NCBI GenBank assembly: GCA_031422435.1
Contig: JANPLU010000034.1
Coordinates: 1 to 40,733 of the forward strand
DNA length: 40,733 nucleotides
Direction: 5' to 3'
Source: Acaryochloridaceae cyanobacterium VAR_48_metabat_390
GTDB taxonomy: Bacteria; Cyanobacteriota; Cyanobacteriia; Thermosynechococcales; Thermosynechococcaceae
Shown here: positions 1 through 9,881 of the stretch, piece after piece
How positions within the stretch are numbered: position 1 is the first letter of the stretch
Layout: the number at the start of each line of letters is the position of its first letter
Made by a program: the position numbers and the translations under genes
Notes under the pieces: generated by a model
Databases searched by the model: none
Seen by the model: only the letters and a program-made list of their open reading frames with translations
What the model was told of the DNA's origin: nothing

Positions 1-76
1 AGAAGGGGCTAGGGGATGAGGGCGTGCAAGGTGTAAAGTCTTTTACCCATTCTGTAAGTTATTGAATTCACGATCC
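1..76 (-). mobile_element. Partial copy (cut by the window edge) of a MITE-like small dispersed repeat
   Basis: The reverse complement of 1-76 aligns with 13341-13417 at about 85-90% identity by eye, with the last 25 nt identical (ACGCCCTCATCCCCTAGCCCCTTCT). It ends in ...CACGATCC followed by TA (77-78). Confidence 0.65.
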
Positions 77-89
77 TAACCAGAGGAAC

Positions 90-115
90 CCTAATCGTTG
101 CGACAACGCTTTAGG
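90..115 (-). terminator. Possible stem-loop just downstream of the PhoX-like gene
   Basis: Imperfect inverted repeat CCTAA-T-CGTTG-cga-CAACG-CT-TTAGG, 5 nt after the stop codon. There is no good U-tract. Confidence 0.3.
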
Positions 116-120
116 ATTAC

Positions 121-1518
121 TTAAGGAGTTTTGATTGTCCGTGCAGCCGAATCTGGCACGGTCAGTAATAACAGTTGCCCCACAGAATCTTCACCGCCAA
201 ACTGTCTGACCTTTAGGCCAGTTTGAGTCGTCACAAGCCAAGTGTTTGGCCCCAGTATATTGGCCATATTGAAGATCCCACTAGATTCCCAAGACCCCTT
301 CGCCTCGGCAACGGGTCTCCCATTGAAGTCTGTTTGAACCATCTCCGCAATCGGTTTCAAGGCTTTTGTGCTCAGGTTGTATTGCCAGATGCGGCCATTT
401 CTTCGACCGCGAAACTCACTGGTAATATCCTCTTGAATCATCAAGGAGCGATCGCTTACGCCCAAGTTATCAGGACTGAGAATGGGGTCGCCAGCATCCC
501 CTTCCAACAGGACTTGTAGAGAATTTACCTTGGTTGGATCAGTGGAATCTAACACCATTTTGTGGATTCTTCCCTTAGCGTCAAAAGGCTTCTGTGTAAC
601 GGGGTCCAGAAAGGAAGCCCGACCTGTTGAAGCAAAGTATAGGGTCTTAGGATTTTTGACATCATGGTCAATATCTTCAGCTCGGCTAAAGATCATCGCC
701 TCCTTAGCATCTACGGCAGTGCGTAAGGTCTCTGCCGTTCTGTTTTCAACTTGTGTAATCGGAATAAAGCGCCCGGTCACAGTATCGCCTTTCCCGAAAT
801 CTGCGGGGGTTTTGGCAATATCTCCCTTAAAGACGTATAGCTTACCCCGACCCGCATAAAGTTCCGTCTCATTATTAGCGATATACATATAGACCCGACC
901 TGGTGCGTCATCTTCGGTCGATACTAAGACAATTTTGTTATATCCTGGCACTGCCAGCGTTGTTTCGTGAGAGAAACGCCCTACCCAGGGAAGCTTATAC
1001 TTTTGGTTTGTTCTCCCATTGATGGCCAAGGAGATGCCACCAAACTTGCCATCGGTCGATTCTTCATTGGTCAAAAAGGTCGGAGCACTGAACCCATCCC
1101 GTCGAGTTGCTAGAGTGGCGGCGCAGAAACGCTTGTACCCTTCTGTTCCATTAATCGGGTACTCCCCTTTGAGAACATTAAGGTTCGCCTTGTCGATCAT
1201 GAGTTTCGAGACACGGGCATCGGTTAAGTTGTTGGGAGAAGCCAACTCATGATTCATAAACACAGTAAAGGAACCATTACCGTTGTCAAAAGACCCTAAT
1301 CCATCGGGAATAGCGGCCATCTGATAACCAATGCCAACGCTGTCCCCTGTCGTGAGGATAGGTTTAATCTGAACCCCAGCTTGCAAGGCTTTCAATTGGG
1401 AGCGCTTCGATGTAATGAAGCCTTCTTCTGCCTTAGCAAGCTGTGAATTGACTGCGGTGAACGTTACTATGGAAAAAGCAAGGAGCAGGACGTTGGTCAT
1501 TAAAGTTGAACGTTTCAT
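121..1518 (-). CDS. Secreted PhoX/DUF839-family (alkaline phosphatase PhoX-like) protein
   Basis: N-terminal signal peptide ending LAKA. PhoX-like motifs in the expected order: NHE, RFC, NEE, GRFSHE, EDD, RAED, PDNL, QED, WESSG. Confidence 0.7.
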   Translation of the reverse strand: MKRSTLMTNVLLLAFSIVTFTAVNSQLAKAEEGFITSKRSQLKALQAGVQIKPILTTGDSVGIGYQMAAIPDGLGSFDNGNGSFTVFMNHELASPNNLTDARVSKLMIDKANLNVLKGEYPINGTEGYKRFCAATLATRRDGFSAPTFLTNEESTDGKFGGISLAINGRTNQKYKLPWVGRFSHETTLAVPGYNKIVLVSTEDDAPGRVYMYIANNETELYAGRGKLYVFKGDIAKTPADFGKGDTVTGRFIPITQVENRTAETLRTAVDAKEAMIFSRAEDIDHDVKNPKTLYFASTGRASFLDPVTQKPFDAKGRIHKMVLDSTDPTKVNSLQVLLEGDAGDPILSPDNLGVSDRSLMIQEDITSEFRGRRNGRIWQYNLSTKALKPIAEMVQTDFNGRPVAEAKGSWESSGIFNMANILGPNTWLVTTQTGLKVRQFGGEDSVGQLLLLTVPDSAARTIKTP

Positions 1519-1567
1519 AGTCTGAAGTAAGGTTAGAAAAGCTTGTCAGACCAATAATCAGCCTTAA

Positions 1568-1597
1568 ACCTTAAGGTGATATAAAGCTTGCGTTAAC
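1568..1597 (-). promoter_or_regulatory. Candidate SphR (Pho) box
   Basis: Minus strand reads GTTAACGC-aag-CTTTATAT-cac-CTTAAGGT. These are three 8-mers at an 11-bp period that weakly match the cyanobacterial CTTAACCT repeat, about 50 bp upstream of the PhoX-like start. Confidence 0.35.
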
Positions 1598-1645
1598 AAC
1601 AGATCAACTTCAGCCCATTTTAATTGAAGTTCAGGTATCTCCCCT

Positions 1646-3010
1646 ATGGGTCTCCCAATTGTGGCCATTGTTGGCCGTCCAAATGTCGGCAAATCTACTC
1701 TCGTGAATCGCTTAACGGGCATGATGGATGCCATTGTTCATGATGAACCCGGCGTAACCCGCGATCGCACCTACCGCCCTGCCTACTGGTGCGATCGCGA
1801 GTTTATGGTGGTGGATACAGGCGGCTTAGTCTTTGATGATGAAACTGAGTTTTTGCCGATGATTCGGCAGCAGGTGATGACGGCACTTGCTGAAGCCAGC
1901 GTTGCCATTATGGTGGTAGACGGCAGAGAAGGGCAGATGGACGCAGATGAAGAAATTGCTCAGTGGCTGCGGCAGCAGAAAGTCCCTGTTTTATTGGCGG
2001 TCAATAAATGCGAATCGCCTCAGTTGGGTCTGTCCCAGGCGGCTCAGTTTTGGAACCTCGGTTTAGGCGAACCCTTCGCGCTGTCGGGCATCCACGGCAA
2101 CGGCACGGGTGAGCTGCTAGACAAAATGCTCACCCACCTACCAGAAAAAGGTGTAGAGCCTGAGGTAGAAGAAATTAAGGTCGCCATTATTGGTCGCCCC
2201 AACGTGGGTAAATCTAGCCTTCTTAATGCCTTCGTTGGCGAAGAGCGCTCCATTGTTAGCCCTATTTCTGGCACCACGCGAGACACCATTGACATGGTGG
2301 TGGAGCGGGATGGTAAAACCTATCGCCTCATCGACACCGCTGGCATTCGCCGCAAAAAGAATGTGGAGTACGGCCCTGAGTTTTTCGGGATCAATCGCGC
2401 CTTCAAGGCCATTCGTCGCTGTGACGTGGTGCTGTTTGTGGTGGATGCGGTGGATGGCATTACCGAGCAAGAGCTGAAGCTGGCGGGGCGTATTATCGAA
2501 GAGGGTCGCGCCTGTATTTTGGTCATCAATAAATGGGATGCCATTGAAAAAGACAACGACACCATTTATGAGTACGAAAAGCTGATCCGCGATCGCCTGA
2601 ATTTCATGGACTGGGCGCAGATCATTTTTGTGAGTGCCGTCACGGGTCAGCGCGTTGCCAACATTTTGGCCTTAGTGGATGCCACCAATGAGCAGTATCA
2701 GCGCCGCGTTAGCACGTCTGTGGTCAATGAGGTGATTGAAGAGGCGTTGAGCTGGCACACGCCCCCTACCACCCGCCAAGGCAAGCAGGGCAAAATTTAT
2801 TACGGTACCCAGGTCAGCACCAAACCGCCGACCTTTGCGCTGTTTGTCAACAACCCTGCGGTCTTCAAAGACAACTACCGTCGCTACGTTGAGCGTCAGT
2901 TTCGTGAAGTGTTGGGCTTTGCAGGGACGCCCCTTAAAATATTTTGGCGTGGTAAAAAGGTAAGAGAAGCCGAACGGGGAGGCAGCCCGAATCGTGCTAC
3001 TCGCGTTTAG
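1646..3010 (+). CDS. der: Ribosome biogenesis GTPase Der (EngA)
   Basis: Two tandem G domains (GRPNVGKS twice, DTGG/DTAG, NKCE/NKWD) and a KH-like C-terminus. Confidence 0.98.
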   Translation: MGLPIVAIVGRPNVGKSTLVNRLTGMMDAIVHDEPGVTRDRTYRPAYWCDREFMVVDTGGLVFDDETEFLPMIRQQVMTALAEASVAIMVVDGREGQMDADEEIAQWLRQQKVPVLLAVNKCESPQLGLSQAAQFWNLGLGEPFALSGIHGNGTGELLDKMLTHLPEKGVEPEVEEIKVAIIGRPNVGKSSLLNAFVGEERSIVSPISGTTRDTIDMVVERDGKTYRLIDTAGIRRKKNVEYGPEFFGINRAFKAIRRCDVVLFVVDAVDGITEQELKLAGRIIEEGRACILVINKWDAIEKDNDTIYEYEKLIRDRLNFMDWAQIIFVSAVTGQRVANILALVDATNEQYQRRVSTSVVNEVIEEALSWHTPPTTRQGKQGKIYYGTQVSTKPPTFALFVNNPAVFKDNYRRYVERQFREVLGFAGTPLKIFWRGKKVREAERGGSPNRATRV

Positions 3011-3052
3011 TGTGTAAGACTGGGTCATTTTAGCTTTACGCAGGTCGGGGTT

Positions 3053-6000
3053 ATGGTCTCTAAGAAAGCTAATGGGCACACAAACGCTAACCCTGAGGAA
3101 GACAAAGATTTACCGGAAACATCGCCCGAAAAGTCTTGTAAGCGGTTTCCGATTGTGGGGATTGGGGCATCAGCAGGGGGGCTAGAAGCCTTTACTCAGC
3201 TCCTCGAAAATTTGCCGACCGATACGGGCATGGCTTTTGTGCTGATCCAGCACCTAGACCCCACGCGCCACAGCCTGCTGACAGAACTTTTGAACCGAAA
3301 GACTTCCCTGCCTGTCACGGAGGTGCGGGACGGCATGGTGGTTGAGCCAAACCAGGTTTATGTGATTCCGCCAAATACGATGATGGTGCTGGATCAAGAC
3401 ACGCTCACCTTAGATTCTCGCCAAAAGACCCCCGGACGATTCTTGCCGGTCGATGCCTTTTTTCATTCCCTCGCTGGGCGCGGTAATCAGGCGATCGCCA
3501 TAGTCCTGTCTGGCACAGATGGGGATGGCGCGCTGGGGCTGACGGCAGTAAAGGTTGCCGGAGGCATTACCTTTGCCCAAGACGTAGACTCCTCTCAATT
3601 TGACGGGATGCCCCATAGTGCCGCTGCGACGGGCTGTGTAGATTTTGTGCTGCCCCCCAAGGCGATCGCCGCAGAGCTAGGGCGCATTAGCAAGCACCCC
3701 TATATTGCAAACTTAGCAACCAAACCTGAAGCGGGGCTTCAAATACAGGCTCTTCCCCAAATCTTTGCCATTCTGCGAACTGCCAAAGGGTTTGACTTCA
3801 CGGGCTATAAGCCCGCAACCCTCAATCGCCGCATTATGCGACGGATGGCGCTCCAAAACCTTAAAACCCTAGAGAACTATCTCCCGTTCCTTCAGATGAA
3901 CCCCGCTGAAGTGGATGCGCTGTGTCAAGATCTTTTAATCAACGTCACGGGCTTTTTTAGAGATCCAGAAGTTTTTGAGGCCCTTGAGGCCAAAATCTTC
4001 CCCAGAATTGTGCAGGGAAAATCAGCCGAAATCCCCATTCGGATCTGGGTAGCAGGGTGTTCTACGGGGGAAGAAGTTTACTCTATTGCAATTTGTCTGC
4101 TGGAGTATTTGGATACGCTCAAAATTACCTTGCCCATTCAGATTTTTGCAACCGACATCAGCGAGGCCATGATTGAGCAGGCTCGTAAAGGCGCCTATAA
4201 ACAAGGCCTGATGGCAAGCATCTCTCCAGAACGGCTCAGACAATTTTTTGTAAAAGTTAGAGGCGGCTACCAAATTACAAAGTCTGTGCGAGAGCTTTGC
4301 GTTTTTGCCAAGCAAAACTTAAACAGCGACCCGCCCTTTTCTCAGCTCGACCTCATTAGCTGCCGCAATGTGCTGATTTACCTAGGCGCAGCCCTTCAGA
4401 AACGCTTGATCCCCATTTTTAACTACGCCCTTAACCCCACGGGGTTTTTAGTCTTGGGTGCCGCAGAGACAGTGGGCGAGTTTTCGACCCTATTTGACCA
4501 AGTAGATCGAAAATATAAAATTTATAGCCGTAAGGTCGGAGCGGTACCGCTAAAGTTTGACTTTAGAACGCGAGCGCCATTTTTAGAAAAAGTGAACCCC
4601 ATTATTTTGCCGCCCGAAGAGAGTCAAAACGATCTCAATTTACACAAAGAAGCAGATCGCATTATTTTGAGCCGCTATGCTCCCGTCGGGGTCATCATCA
4701 ACGACGAGATGGAGATACTCCAATTTAGAGGGCAGACGGGCATCTACTTAGAGCCAGCTTCAGGTAGAGCCAGCTTTAACCTTTTAAAAATGGCGCGCGA
4801 AGGGCTGATGTTAGAGCTTCGCAATGCCATCTATGAGGCGAGAAAAACCAGCGCTCCAATTCGTAAAACGGGCTTACAGCTCAAAAAGCAGACTCAACTC
4901 GTGACGATTGAGGTCATTCCGCTCAAAACATTGGGGAGCGAAAAAGTAAATTTTTTGGTTTTATTTGAAGACGAGCGTTCCTCAGACCCGTCCTTAAATA
5001 TGTTGCCTCCTAGTAGAATTCGGAGTGTTTCTAAGGCAAGAAAAGCTGAAATTGAGCAAGAAAATCTCCGCCTAAAGCAGGAGCTAGAAGTCACTCAAGC
5101 GTATTTGCAGTCCATTATTGAAGAGCAAGATTCGGTCAATCAGTCGCTTCAGGTTGCCAATGAAGAAATTTTGTCGAGCAATGAGGAGCTACAAAGCACC
5201 AACGAGGAGCTTGAAACCACCCAAGAAGAGCTTCAGGCCACTAACGAAGAACTCAACACCATCAATGAAGAACTCCGCAGCCGAAATTTAGAGCTAATCC
5301 AGACCAACAACGATCTCCAAAATCTGCTTAGCAGCATCAACATCCCTATTTTGATGCTCGATGGCGAGCTGAGAGTCCGGCGCTTTACGCCGCAGGCAGA
5401 GGAAATTTTTAACCTGATTGATACAGATCTAGGACGGCGCTTTAGTGATATTCAGAGCAATCTTTCTATCCCCAACCTGGTTGGCTTAATCGAAACGGTC
5501 ATCAATACCCTCACCACCACAGAGCAAGAAGTGCAGGATCTAACGGGACATTGGTATAGTCTCCGCATTCGTCCCTATCGCACCATAGACAACCGGATTG
5601 ATGGGGTTGTCATTGGGGTCATTGAGATTGACGCGCTTAAGCGTAGCGCCGTCCAGCTCGAAGCAGCTCGGGATTATGCCCACGCCATTGTAGAGACGGT
5701 ACGACAGCCGCTGCTAGTCTTAAATGAAGAGTTTCGGGTGCTGTTAGCAAATCGGTTTTTTTACGAAACCTTTGGGCTGACCCCCGCCCAGGTAGAGCAG
5801 CAGTCTATTTTTGAGATTGAGAACGGGGAGTGGGATATTTTAACGCTGCGATCGCAGCTTACGGCCCTTCTAACCGACAACACTGATTTTGAGAGTTTTG
5901 AGGTTAACGAAATTGCTAATCCTAATAAACCCCGTATTTTATCTCTGAGCGCCCGCCAAATTCAGCAGGATAACACTCAGAGAAATATTTTATTGGTCAT

Positions 6001-6685
6001 TGAAGATATAACGACAATTCGGCAGACAAGTGAGCAAATTCAAAACTCTTTGAAAGAAAAAGATATTCTACTCAAAGAAATTCATCATCGGGTCAAAAAC
6101 AACCTTCAAATTGTGTCTAGTCTTCTGAGCCTACAAAGCAATAGAAGCACCGACCTACAGTCCTATGCTATACTACAGAGTAGTCAGAACCGCGTCATTG
6201 CAATGGCGCTGATTCATGAGTCTCTGTATCAGTCTGCAAAACTCGTGAATCTAGACTTTGCAGAATACGCTAGAACTCTAATTGATAACTTATTCAATTG
6301 CTACGCGGTTGAGCGAGACAAAATACATTTTCAAGTCGATTTACAGCCCAATATTATCGTCGACTTTGACAGAGCAGTGCTTTGTGGCTTGATTATTAAT
6401 GAGCTTGTCGCCAATGCTCTCAAGCATGGCTTCTCTGAAGGTCAGCAGGGCGAGGTTTTTGTCACATTAGAAATTAACCCAGATCGTATAATTGAGCTAA
6501 CGATCACAAATAATGGGCAGCCGCTGCCCGAGGACTTCAACATAGATAACATTCATACAATGGGGTTGAATTTAGTCATTTCTCTTGTTGATCAGCTGCA
6601 TGGTGCGCTCTCTGTCGGTCGTAACGGCACCACAAGCTTCAAAGTTATCTTTTCGCCAGAACACTCGTTACCAGAGCCATCTTAA
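3053..6685 (+). CDS. CheB methylesterase-CheR methyltransferase-PAS-coiled coil-PAS-HisKA_2/HATPase hybrid sensor kinase
   Basis: CheB motifs GIGASAGG, IQHL and SGTDGDG. CheR motifs AGCSTGEE and CRNVLIY. NEEL heptad coiled coil, HisKA_2 box EIHHRVKNNLQ, N-box NELVANALKH and G2 MGLNLV. Confidence 0.92.
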   Translation: MVSKKANGHTNANPEEDKDLPETSPEKSCKRFPIVGIGASAGGLEAFTQLLENLPTDTGMAFVLIQHLDPTRHSLLTELLNRKTSLPVTEVRDGMVVEPNQVYVIPPNTMMVLDQDTLTLDSRQKTPGRFLPVDAFFHSLAGRGNQAIAIVLSGTDGDGALGLTAVKVAGGITFAQDVDSSQFDGMPHSAAATGCVDFVLPPKAIAAELGRISKHPYIANLATKPEAGLQIQALPQIFAILRTAKGFDFTGYKPATLNRRIMRRMALQNLKTLENYLPFLQMNPAEVDALCQDLLINVTGFFRDPEVFEALEAKIFPRIVQGKSAEIPIRIWVAGCSTGEEVYSIAICLLEYLDTLKITLPIQIFATDISEAMIEQARKGAYKQGLMASISPERLRQFFVKVRGGYQITKSVRELCVFAKQNLNSDPPFSQLDLISCRNVLIYLGAALQKRLIPIFNYALNPTGFLVLGAAETVGEFSTLFDQVDRKYKIYSRKVGAVPLKFDFRTRAPFLEKVNPIILPPEESQNDLNLHKEADRIILSRYAPVGVIINDEMEILQFRGQTGIYLEPASGRASFNLLKMAREGLMLELRNAIYEARKTSAPIRKTGLQLKKQTQLVTIEVIPLKTLGSEKVNFLVLFEDERSSDPSLNMLPPSRIRSVSKARKAEIEQENLRLKQELEVTQAYLQSIIEEQDSVNQSLQVANEEILSSNEELQSTNEELETTQEELQATNEELNTINEELRSRNLELIQTNNDLQNLLSSINIPILMLDGELRVRRFTPQAEEIFNLIDTDLGRRFSDIQSNLSIPNLVGLIETVINTLTTTEQEVQDLTGHWYSLRIRPYRTIDNRIDGVVIGVIEIDALKRSAVQLEAARDYAHAIVETVRQPLLVLNEEFRVLLANRFFYETFGLTPAQVEQQSIFEIENGEWDILTLRSQLTALLTDNTDFESFEVNEIANPNKPRILSLSARQIQQDNTQRNILLVIEDITTIRQTSEQIQNSLKEKDILLKEIHHRVKNNLQIVSSLLSLQSNRSTDLQSYAILQSSQNRVIAMALIHESLYQSAKLVNLDFAEYARTLIDNLFNCYAVERDKIHFQVDLQPNIIVDFDRAVLCGLIINELVANALKHGFSEGQQGEVFVTLEINPDRIIELTITNNGQPLPEDFNIDNIHTMGLNLVISLVDQLHGALSVGRNGTTSFKVIFSPEHSLPEPS

Positions 6686-6760
6686 AATTTAATCTGGCTT
6701 TTTGACCCTTCAGTTAAAAAATAATGTTACGGCATTCTTGTATGGGGGGCTTACAGTCAA

Positions 6761-8434
6761 ATGACCAATATTTTAATTGTCGAAGACGAAAAAATTGTTG
6801 CCTGGGACATTAAAGAATCCCTAGAAAAATTAGGGCATCGGGTTTTTGACGGGGTCACCACTGCGTCAGAGGCAGTTCTTACGGCTTCTGTCGTCAGACC
6901 AGATCTGGTTTTAATGGACATTCAGCTCCAGGGCGAGATGAGTGGAATTTCAGCAGCAGAAGAAATTTATAGACTTTACAACATCCCAGTCGTTTATCTA
7001 ACGGCCTACGCAGACGCGTCAACCCTTGCCCAGGCTGCCCGAACGAACCCCTTTGGCTACATTGTTAAGCCCTTTCAAAACAAGCAGCTCTACACCACCA
7101 TTGAAATTGCGCTCCAGCGGCATCAGCTAGAGCAGTCTGTAAGGCAGCAGCAGACCTGGCTGTCTAACACATTAACCAGCATTGGAGATGCTGCCATTGC
7201 CACCGATCTCAGTGGCGCTGTGACCTTTATGAATCCGATGGCGGAGCATCTGACGGGCTGGCGGCAGCAAGACGCGTTGGGTCTAGAGATTAACCAGGTT
7301 ATTCCCCTCATTTATGACATAAACCGAGAACCTATCGAAAACCCAGGTCTACAGGTCATGCGGCTGGGCTATGCTCTTAACCTACCCGATGGCTGTTTGC
7401 TGCGAGCCAAAGATGGCACAGAGCGGCTGATTAGTGATTCGGCTGCCCCCATTACCAATCAGAATGGGGAAATTGTGGGCAGCATTATGATTTTCCAAGA
7501 CAAAACCGACTGCCAAGATGCCCAAACGCAGTTACTAAAGCGTGTCCAAGAGCTTCAGTCATTTCAGTGGTCTTTGGTGTCTAAGCTTCAGGTCAAGACG
7601 GCGGAACACCAACAGGCGATCGCCTGTATTGAAATTTTGAACCGGATGATTGCTCAATCTCGCCAGGCCGCGAGTGAAAGTGAGATTTTGGACATCGTTC
7701 TGCAAGAACTAGGAGAAATCTTAGAAGCAGACTACTGCTGGGCGGGGCTGCATAACGAAAAATCTGCAACCTCAGCCATTGTGAGTGAGTATATTAGCCT
7801 TAACCAACAAGATGTCTATCCCTCTGCGCTGGGAGCTGAAGTAGATTTACAGCTTTACCCCAATTTTTATCGCCATCTTTTTAAAGAAGAAAGTTGGATT
7901 AATCCAGATACCGTCGTACTTCCACAGCCCTATCAATTTCACTGCAGCTTAGCGCAGCAGTACTTGATTTGCCCCATTGTGGCATTCCCTCAAAATTCTT
8001 ACCTCGGCGAAGCGCGAGTGGTAGGAGAGGTAGGAATTATAGCCACCGGAAAGCCCCACTGGACAGTAGCTCAAGTTAAGTTAATTTCTCGCATTGTGAG
8101 CTATGGTGTACAGCTCTTTCGTAAGCCAAACTATTCTAATCAAGACGTGATTAAGGCCATAGAGCGGTTGACAAATCTGCGAAATGATTTTATGAGTTCT
8201 GTCTCAGAAGAACTGCTCAATCCCTTGCTCAATATAAAAGAGGCTACGGAGATGCTTCGCAGACATCTTCAAATTCTAAAAGAGAACCCCACCCACGCCG
8301 ATGCCTATCAAGAACAGTTTATTCATCAATACTTAGAAATTTTTCAAGAAGAATGGCAGAAAGAATTTGATTTCGTCCATGATTTATTGAATTTCAAGTT
8401 TCTGTATGAATTTCAGGATGAAGGCACAGCGTAA
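6761..8434 (+). CDS. Response regulator: REC-PAS-GAF plus a degenerate DHp-like tail
   Basis: REC domain with VEDE, LMDIQL, YLTA and KPF. PAS segment SIGDAAIATD...MNPMAEHLTGW and a GAF-like segment. The C-terminal NDFMSSVSEELLNPL is not followed by a HATPase domain. Confidence 0.85.
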   Translation: MTNILIVEDEKIVAWDIKESLEKLGHRVFDGVTTASEAVLTASVVRPDLVLMDIQLQGEMSGISAAEEIYRLYNIPVVYLTAYADASTLAQAARTNPFGYIVKPFQNKQLYTTIEIALQRHQLEQSVRQQQTWLSNTLTSIGDAAIATDLSGAVTFMNPMAEHLTGWRQQDALGLEINQVIPLIYDINREPIENPGLQVMRLGYALNLPDGCLLRAKDGTERLISDSAAPITNQNGEIVGSIMIFQDKTDCQDAQTQLLKRVQELQSFQWSLVSKLQVKTAEHQQAIACIEILNRMIAQSRQAASESEILDIVLQELGEILEADYCWAGLHNEKSATSAIVSEYISLNQQDVYPSALGAEVDLQLYPNFYRHLFKEESWINPDTVVLPQPYQFHCSLAQQYLICPIVAFPQNSYLGEARVVGEVGIIATGKPHWTVAQVKLISRIVSYGVQLFRKPNYSNQDVIKAIERLTNLRNDFMSSVSEELLNPLLNIKEATEMLRRHLQILKENPTHADAYQEQFIHQYLEIFQEEWQKEFDFVHDLLNFKFLYEFQDEGTA

Positions 8435-8469
8435 AAACGCAGCTTGTTTCTTATCTCTAACTGTACTAA

Positions 8470-8940
8470 CTAAATATTGGGCTGAACAACCGCCGTTAAA
8501 ATGATTTGTCCAGCCCAAGGTTCAGCCATAGAGCTTTTAGAAATCCGAATTTTATAGTCTCCCGTACGGGTTAGGGTTTTGTTGAAGATGACCCCTCCAT
8601 TCCCAACGGGTTGACCATCGCGGGTACCGTCAGGGGAACTAATCTCAGCCCTTGCGGCGCTAGGGCTACTTAAGACCAGCACCATTAATTGACCCTGCTT
8701 TGCTGAAATTAAAAAATTTGCCTCCGTGCAGCTAGCGGGGAGCGGATAGTTCATCGAAGATGCGTATCCATTGGGTGGAATTGTGATCCGTTGAGGCGTG
8801 GTTAGGCATTGCATTGTTGGGTCTGCTGAAGGTTTAGCCTGAGCCGTCACCGAGGGCGCTCCCAAGGCTGCCAGAGAGACGCTACATCCGGCTAAGATGC
8901 TCAGAGAAAGCCATTCTAAAGGTTTCTTCAGCATTATCAT
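8470..8940 (-). CDS. Exported hypothetical protein with a PPC-like beta-sandwich
   Basis: Signal peptide (possible LAGC lipobox or AQA cleavage site). The pattern AKQGQLM...SPDG...LTRTGDYKIRI resembles pre-peptidase C-terminal domains. Confidence 0.6.
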   Translation of the reverse strand: MIMLKKPLEWLSLSILAGCSVSLAALGAPSVTAQAKPSADPTMQCLTTPQRITIPPNGYASSMNYPLPASCTEANFLISAKQGQLMVLVLSSPSAARAEISSPDGTRDGQPVGNGGVIFNKTLTRTGDYKIRISKSSMAEPWAGQIILTAVVQPNI

Positions 8941-8950
8941 TGCTCCTTTT

Positions 8951-9859
8951 TTAACGATGGTCGCGGTAGGTCGTCAGCGTAAAGCCCTGATCTGCAAACG
9001 CATGTTTCACTCGATTACTCAGCAGTGCCGCTAGTTCCTGCTCGCCTGCACCTCGTGGGCCATTGGGGGGTTCTCCGAGCAGGGCGATCGCTGGGTGGGC
9101 ATAAATCTCAATATACTGCGCCTGAATTTGCGGAATTAGCCCCACTAGGTACGCTTCTGTCATGCCGCCGCTTTTGAGAAGGCCATAAACTCTTTGCGTG
9201 TAGCCAATGCCAGCCTGTCGCAATCGACGCTCCCCTAGCCGCCGAAGCTGGCTAAAGATCCACCATCCGGTCGCCTTATCAAGCCAGTGGGTTGGGTCTA
9301 GCTTCAGCGTAAAGTCTAATTCTTCAAAGGGCAGCCGCATCATTTTGATGCCAAACGCTGGGGCAAGCTCAATCAAAATGCCCAGCACAACCGGATGGGC
9401 ATGGAGATGGAGATGTCCATCCACGTGGGATAGTTTGAGACCCGACTGCTGAAATTTCTCAAGCTGCGCGCGAATTTCGAGTCGCAGTTCCCGCCGTGCG
9501 GCGGCACTAAACTGATACTTTAGCCCTGCTTTAGCCGCACTGTTGGGGAAGTTACCCTGTGCATCTACCAGGTGCGGGATCTGGGCTGCGGGGAGTACGG
9601 CACGACCACAGACCAACACCAGATGTAGCCCTACGCCCAAGGTGGGGTGCTGGTGGGCAAGGGCGATCGCCGCCTCTGCCGCTGCGCCCGTGACCATCAG
9701 GCTGGTGCTGGTTAAGACACCCTCTGTATGGGCTTTAATGATGGCCTGATTTACCCCCGTCGAAAAGCCAAAATCATCCCCATTCACAATGGCAAACCGT
9801 TGGGGTGCCGAATGCTCAGAACCCATTTTCTCTAAACTCGCCTCTGAGGTTGACTTCAA
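8951..9859 (-). CDS. hpnK: Hopanoid biosynthesis-associated deacetylase HpnK (YdjC/ChbG family)
   Basis: IVNGDDFG, TSTSLMV, VGLHLVLV, HVDGHLHLH and EIYAHP motifs. It lies near hpnI. Confidence 0.85.
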   Translation of the reverse strand: MKSTSEASLEKMGSEHSAPQRFAIVNGDDFGFSTGVNQAIIKAHTEGVLTSTSLMVTGAAAEAAIALAHQHPTLGVGLHLVLVCGRAVLPAAQIPHLVDAQGNFPNSAAKAGLKYQFSAAARRELRLEIRAQLEKFQQSGLKLSHVDGHLHLHAHPVVLGILIELAPAFGIKMMRLPFEELDFTLKLDPTHWLDKATGWWIFSQLRRLGERRLRQAGIGYTQRVYGLLKSGGMTEAYLVGLIPQIQAQYIEIYAHPAIALLGEPPNGPRGAGEQELAALLSNRVKHAFADQGFTLTTYRDHR

Positions 9860-9881
9860 AATGGAACGTCCTGTAAATAAA

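Noticed and set aside
5150..5280. Quasi-periodic 21-nt repeats (AATGAAGAA/AACGAGGAG...)
   Set aside because: They encode the NEEL heptad coiled coil of the CheBR kinase. There are no identical repeats with unique spacers, so this is not CRISPR.
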